A stretch of DNA of 64,000 nt from Alphaproteobacteria bacterium MarineAlpha12_Bin1 (lineage in GTDB: Bacteria; Pseudomonadota; Alphaproteobacteria; UBA6615). The notes beneath the pieces were generated by a model. It was not told where the DNA came from, made no database searches, and worked only from the letters and a program-made list of their open reading frames with translations. This document shows, one piece after another, positions 60,177 to 64,000 of this stretch (positions are counted from its first letter, which is position 1; every line of letters starts with the position of its first letter). The position numbers and the translations under genes are program-made. Where the stretch lies: contig PTJY01000003.1 of the NCBI GenBank assembly GCA_002937505.1, positions 128,060 to 192,059 on the forward strand. The letters are read 5' to 3'.

Positions 60177-62282
60177 TTATTCGCGGTTTTGCAAAAGCAA
60201 CGTTGGCACACTTCCTGTCTTTTTGAGTGCGCTGCCTCGTCCAGAGAGGCTTGGATTGGTCATAAAATATTTGTGAGCGCTGAATGGTTCAGTCTCTTTC
60301 TTATTTTTGGCTTTAAAATAACTACCGCTTGAATTCAAGTTCCAGCTTTGCGCTACATCTAAGAGATTCGCAACCAAGATTTGATCCAGAATTTGTGCTT
60401 TTACAGTTTTATTATCAATCGGTACTAACACTTCAACACGCCTATCAAGGTTGCGTGGCATCCAATCAGCCGATGAAATAAACACCTTTGATTCAGTCGA
60501 AGGTAATTCTTTACCCGCACCAAACGCTAGTAGTCTTGAATGCTCAAGAAAACGACCTACTATACTCTTAACTTCTATGTTTTCACTGAGGCCCGGTATA
60601 CCAGGCCTTAAACAACATATAGCTCTTACCATAAGCCTAATCTGAACCCCAGCCTGAGATGCTTCATAAAGCAGATCAATTACGTCCCCATCAACGAGAT
60701 TATTTAATTTAGCCCAAATATTACCGGGGAGACCAGCTTTAGCATGAGCAATCTCGTTACTTATGAGTTCTGTAAGCGTATCACGCAGATTAATTGGTGA
60801 AATAGAAATCTTTTTTAAAGATTCAGGCTCTGCATAACCTGTCATAAAATTAAAAATACGTCCCGCATCCTGACAGATGTCAGGATCATTAGTAAAGTAG
60901 CTAAGATCTGTGTAGATACGCGCTGTCTGCGGATGATAATTTCCGGTTCCAAAGTGGGCGTAAGTTCGAAGTTTATTATTCTCTCTACGAATAGCAATGC
61001 TAATTTTCGCATGAGTTTTTAAATCTATAAACCCGTAAACTACTTGTACCCCCGCCCTTTCAAGCTCTCTTGCCCAACGTATGTTGGCTTCCTCATCAAA
61101 GCGAGCTTTTAATTCGACTAATGCCGTCACAGACTTTCCTGCTTCGGCAGCCTCAATAAGAGCGCGAACAATTGGAGAATTCTCCGATGTTCTATAAAGG
61201 GTCTGTTTTATGGCTACTACGTTAGGGTCTCTGGCTGCCTGACTTAAAAACTGAACAACAACATCAAAAGATTCGTAAGGATGGTGAACGACAATGTCCT
61301 TGCTTTGGATAGCCGCAAAACAGTCTCCTCCAAAATCTCGAATTCGTTCAGGAAATCGAATATTGAAAGGCTTATAAAATAAATCTGGTCGATCTAAATT
61401 GGCTAACTCTATTATACGATCAAGGCCTAGGATTCCATCAAGATAAAAAACATCATTACTTTCTGCACCTATATGACTAACAACAAATTTCTTAAGGTCA
61501 TCAGCCATAGAGTTGTCTATAGTCAACCGAATAATGTTACCCCGACGACGTCGCTTAAGAGCCGTTTCAAATACTCGAACTAAGTCTTCAGCCTCTTCAA
61601 GGATTTCTATGTCACTATCTCTAATGACCCTAAACGTCCCTGAACTGAGGGTGCTAAATCCAGGAAAAAGTCGATCCAGAAACATCGTGACCATTTTTTC
61701 TAATAAAATATATTTTCCACTCGAACCTGGTAAAGTCACAAACCTTCTTATTTGTGCTGGAAGGGGCAACAAACCAACCAACTCTCGGTTGTCCGATTCG
61801 CGAACAAGCTGAATAGTCAGTGTCAAACCTAAATTTGGTATAAAAGGAAAAGGGTGTGCTGGATCAACAGCTAGAGGAGTTAAAACAGGAAAAACTTCGG
61901 TCATAAAGTAGTGATCTGCCCACTTATACTCGCCACCGGTAAGCTCATGGGGATTAACTACAGATACTTTATTCACTCTTAAGCGTTCATTAATTAAACG
62001 CCAGGTTTGCTGCTGGTCATTAATCAAATTACTTACTTTTTCATTAATAGCTTTCAGCTGTTGGCTCGGAGTCATTCCCTCTTGACTAAGAAATTTGACG
62101 CCTGCCTCAACCTGACCTTTAAGCCCTGCGACACGAACCATGTAAAACTCATCAAGGTTAGAAGCAGATATGGATAAAAACTTTACTCGCTCTAATAAAG
62201 GATGTTGAGGGTTTTTTGCCTCCCCCAGCACCCTTTCATTGAAAGATAGCCAAGACAACTCACGATTAATAAATCTATTCAT
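60177..62282 (-). CDS. ppk: polyphosphate kinase 1
   Basis: [15 protein letters not shown]-terminal PPK motif and two PLD-like HKD regions. Start trimmed to the Met at 62282 ([12 protein letters not shown]), matching E. coli PPK. The ORF track extends to 62411. Confidence 0.8.
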   Translation of the reverse strand: MNRFINRELSWLSFNERVLGEAKNPQHPLLERVKFLSISASNLDEFYMVRVAGLKGQVEAGVKFLSQEGMTPSQQLKAINEKVSNLINDQQQTWRLINERLRVNKVSVVNPHELTGGEYKWADHYFMTEVFPVLTPLAVDPAHPFPFIPNLGLTLTIQLVRESDNRELVGLLPLPAQIRRFVTLPGSSGKYILLEKMVTMFLDRLFPGFSTLSSGTFRVIRDSDIEILEEAEDLVRVFETALKRRRRGNIIRLTIDNSMADDLKKFVVSHIGAESNDVFYLDGILGLDRIIELANLDRPDLFYKPFNIRFPERIRDFGGDCFAAIQSKDIVVHHPYESFDVVVQFLSQAARDPNVVAIKQTLYRTSENSPIVRALIEAAEAGKSVTALVELKARFDEEANIRWARELERAGVQVVYGFIDLKTHAKISIAIRRENNKLRTYAHFGTGNYHPQTARIYTDLSYFTNDPDICQDAGRIFNFMTGYAEPESLKKISISPINLRDTLTELISNEIAHAKAGLPGNIWAKLNNLVDGDVIDLLYEASQAGVQIRLMVRAICCLRPGIPGLSENIEVKSIVGRFLEHSRLLAFGAGKELPSTESKVFISSADWMPRNLDRRVEVLVPIDNKTVKAQILDQILVANLLDVAQSWNLNSSGSYFKAKNKKETEPFSAHKYFMTNPSLSGRGSALKKTGSVPTLLLQNRE

Positions 62283-62456
62283 CGATTCATTATCTATTGA
62301 GTTGTCTACGTTTTTATCTAAATCTACTTGGGTACTTGCATTCACCAGAAGTTCTCTCACCAAATTTTTTATTAAAGAAATCAAAGCAGCTTTATTAGAA
62401 ACACAAATCACTCATGATAGTGCATTTTATATATTAGTAACAAGTCATGTAATTTT

Positions 62457-63173
62457 TTATAATCCACTCTCAAGCTTAATTTCTTCTATTTCAGAAAAAA
62501 CCTCGCTTAATAATGGAATAGTTACAGGGCGGCGCATTACAAGAGCTTTTTTATCAACGATCGAAGCCAAATCCTCTGCTGCCTTAAACGAGCGCTCCAT
62601 TCGTGATATTGCAAAATTAATCACATCCCTTTCTACCTTTAGCTGCCTATCAGAGAATAATTTTAATAATACGGCGGCTAGAACCTTATCATCAGGCAAG
62701 GCTATTTCCGTAACTGGTAAAGAGTTAAGTCTTGAGCTTAAATCAGCTAACTTTATTCCCCATCTACCAGGAGGAGTTCGCGCGCAAAAAAGCATGTGTC
62801 CCTTACGTTCATTAATTAGATTATAAACATGTAAAAGAGACCTTTCACGCGTAGAGTTTTCAATAATTAATTCTGCTCTATCAACCAAGACATTCTTGTT
62901 GCTTTCAACTATATCTGGTGGTTCATTAAGATCAAAATCATCTGGAAACAACACCGCAGAACCAGATTTATCACTCCAAACCTTTCCCAAATGAGACTTT
63001 CCGCTAGATTCTGGACCCCAAATCACTAATCCAGACGCTGGCCAATTTGGCCAGCGCTCAAGCCAATTCACTGCATTAATGTTGCATTCAGAAACAAAAA
63101 GATCAGATCTTTGAAATCCTGTTCGATGTCCTAAATTCAGAACAAGTTGATTTAATAGACTATTCCTTGTCAC
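62457..63173 (-). CDS. hda: DnaA-homolog Hda (regulatory inactivator of DnaA)
   Basis: 238 aa. WPNWPASGLVIWGPESSGKSHL Walker A in a short AAA+ module. Typical Hda length. Confidence 0.75.
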   Translation of the reverse strand: MTRNSLLNQLVLNLGHRTGFQRSDLFVSECNINAVNWLERWPNWPASGLVIWGPESSGKSHLGKVWSDKSGSAVLFPDDFDLNEPPDIVESNKNVLVDRAELIIENSTRERSLLHVYNLINERKGHMLFCARTPPGRWGIKLADLSSRLNSLPVTEIALPDDKVLAAVLLKLFSDRQLKVERDVINFAISRMERSFKAAEDLASIVDKKALVMRRPVTIPLLSEVFSEIEEIKLESGL

Positions 63174-64000
63174 GATCTCTAAACCTAAGAGTAGATATCA
63201 CTGACAAATTAGTATTTTTCGAATTAATGCCGGGCTCAATATTTTGATCAGCCTGTGAAAAAGTTTCAATTACTAAGTCTTCTTGTAATAAAGTGTTTGC
63301 CATCTGACTTTTATCGCCATAATGATAAATCTCAATAAAAACAGATTTAATCGAAAACGATCTAATCTCAACTCTAAATATAGATGCAATTTTGCTCAAT
63401 CTGTTTTCGATCACAACCCACTCTTCAAGTGAGTTCAGAGGAACGTTAATTAGAGTGCTTTTAGGTCGATCAAACTCGATAATATTTTTAGTAGTCCAGT
63501 TGTTTTCTATCATCGCAGAAAGTTTTAAAGCAGCGTTTACGAATAAATCTTGTAAGCTTTCTGAATTGGTGGCATCTAAATTAAATATAATTGGTTTTTC
63601 CGTATAACCTCCGATTTGGGTGGTAGATATGTTGATATTTTTACCTGCAACCGTCTCCGAAACAGTGGCAAATGCAATTAGAACCTGCCCTGCTCCATAA
63701 CGATTAGCTATGGAGCTAATACCAGTTGGATCACCATCAGCAGCCTTACTTGCATCAATATCAGTGATATCACTCAAATCTCCTATAGGTAAAATTTGAG
63801 GAACTAGACCATTACTTAAGGGTAAATCCAACCAAGCATTCCTCCAGAAATTACCCTCGTCCCAAAGCAGTAATGAGCCATGTTTTCTTAGTAGAGGAAT
63901 TACCAATATCGGTTTACTTGTTGATTCCGCATATGGCACGCCACTTTCCCTCAACAAACGCCGTATCTCCAGGGGCTTAAACCTAACCGTTAGATTTGCT
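63160..64000 (-). CDS. hypothetical protein, partial (5' end of gene outside the window)
   Basis: The open frame continues to the window edge with no stop upstream of Met 63957. No motif recognised. Overlaps the hda start by 14 nt. Confidence 0.4.
   Translation of the reverse strand, partial: ANLTVRFKPLEIRRLLRESGVPYAESTSKPILVIPLLRKHGSLLLWDEGNFWRNAWLDLPLSNGLVPQILPIGDLSDITDIDASKAADGDPTGISSIANRYGAGQVLIAFATVSETVAGKNINISTTQIGGYTEKPIIFNLDATNSESLQDLFVNAALKLSAMIENNWTTKNIIEFDRPKSTLINVPLNSLEEWVVIENRLSKIASIFRVEIRSFSIKSVFIEIYHYGDKSQMANTLLQEDLVIETFSQADQNIEPGINSKNTNLSVISTLRFRDRDKE

Noticed and set aside
60177-62411. Long N-terminal extensions in track ORFs (ppk to 62411, ispB from 28740, acyl-CoA ligase from 11840, guaD from 37558)
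   Set aside because: The ORF finder accepts GTG/TTG and takes the longest frame. Comparison with conserved N-terminal motifs (ELSWLSFN for PPK, PLMISSLIEHA for the ligase, MKRAIEIA for GuaD) supports later starts. These are annotation artefacts rather than biology.
1-64000. Search for tRNA, rRNA, CRISPR arrays and mobile elements
   Set aside because: No GGTTCGAAT-type T-arm signatures appear in any intergenic gap. There is no array of short direct repeats with spacers and no transposase, integrase or phage-like ORFs. Nothing supports calling any of these.

Overview
This looks like a compact, low-GC (roughly 38-40% by eye, not computed) chromosomal segment from an alphaproteobacterium. Coding density is high and most gaps are short. 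I found no tRNA or rRNA genes, no CRISPR array, and no transposase, integrase or phage genes.

The right two-thirds is a conserved housekeeping backbone with gene order typical of alphaproteobacteria: ppdK, glyQ-glyS, sppA, ispB, cls, a BMP-type nucleoside ABC importer next to a GuaD-type guanine deaminase, gatCAB, ruvX, pyrB-pyrC', plsY, topA, rnr, rpmG, aspS, rnd, ppk-ppx and hda.

The left ~15 kb looks more accessory and metabolic. It holds a 2OG-oxygenase/bicupin/VOC operon, a BadH/BadI-like SDR plus MenB-family crotonase pair, a sulfur-handling module (TusA, rhodanese, TauE/SafE, TIGR02186, USP, YeiH), mmsA, a DmdB-family acyl-CoA synthetase, a thiolase, and LPS genes (PagL-like deacylase, heptosyltransferase, GT4, asnB).

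The observations I would look at first are:
- A serralysin-like RTX zinc metalloprotease whose C-terminus carries three tandem ~50-aa YRFxNxxTGxHFxT repeats and ends in a D-hydrophobic tail. No type I secretion genes are in the window.
- An XRE-type helix-turn-helix domain translated in-frame as an ~85-aa N-terminal extension of aspartate carbamoyltransferase PyrB.
- An adjacent dihydroorotase paralog that has lost the DxHxH metal motif, consistent with a non-catalytic PyrC'.
- An orphan 79-aa two-helix membrane protein. It sits behind a ~540-bp AT-rich leader containing a perfect 10-bp inverted repeat, and is followed by a textbook terminator.
- A TusA/rhodanese/TauE/YeiH sulfur-trafficking cluster.

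All functional calls come from reading the six-frame translations for motifs. None was checked against a database.
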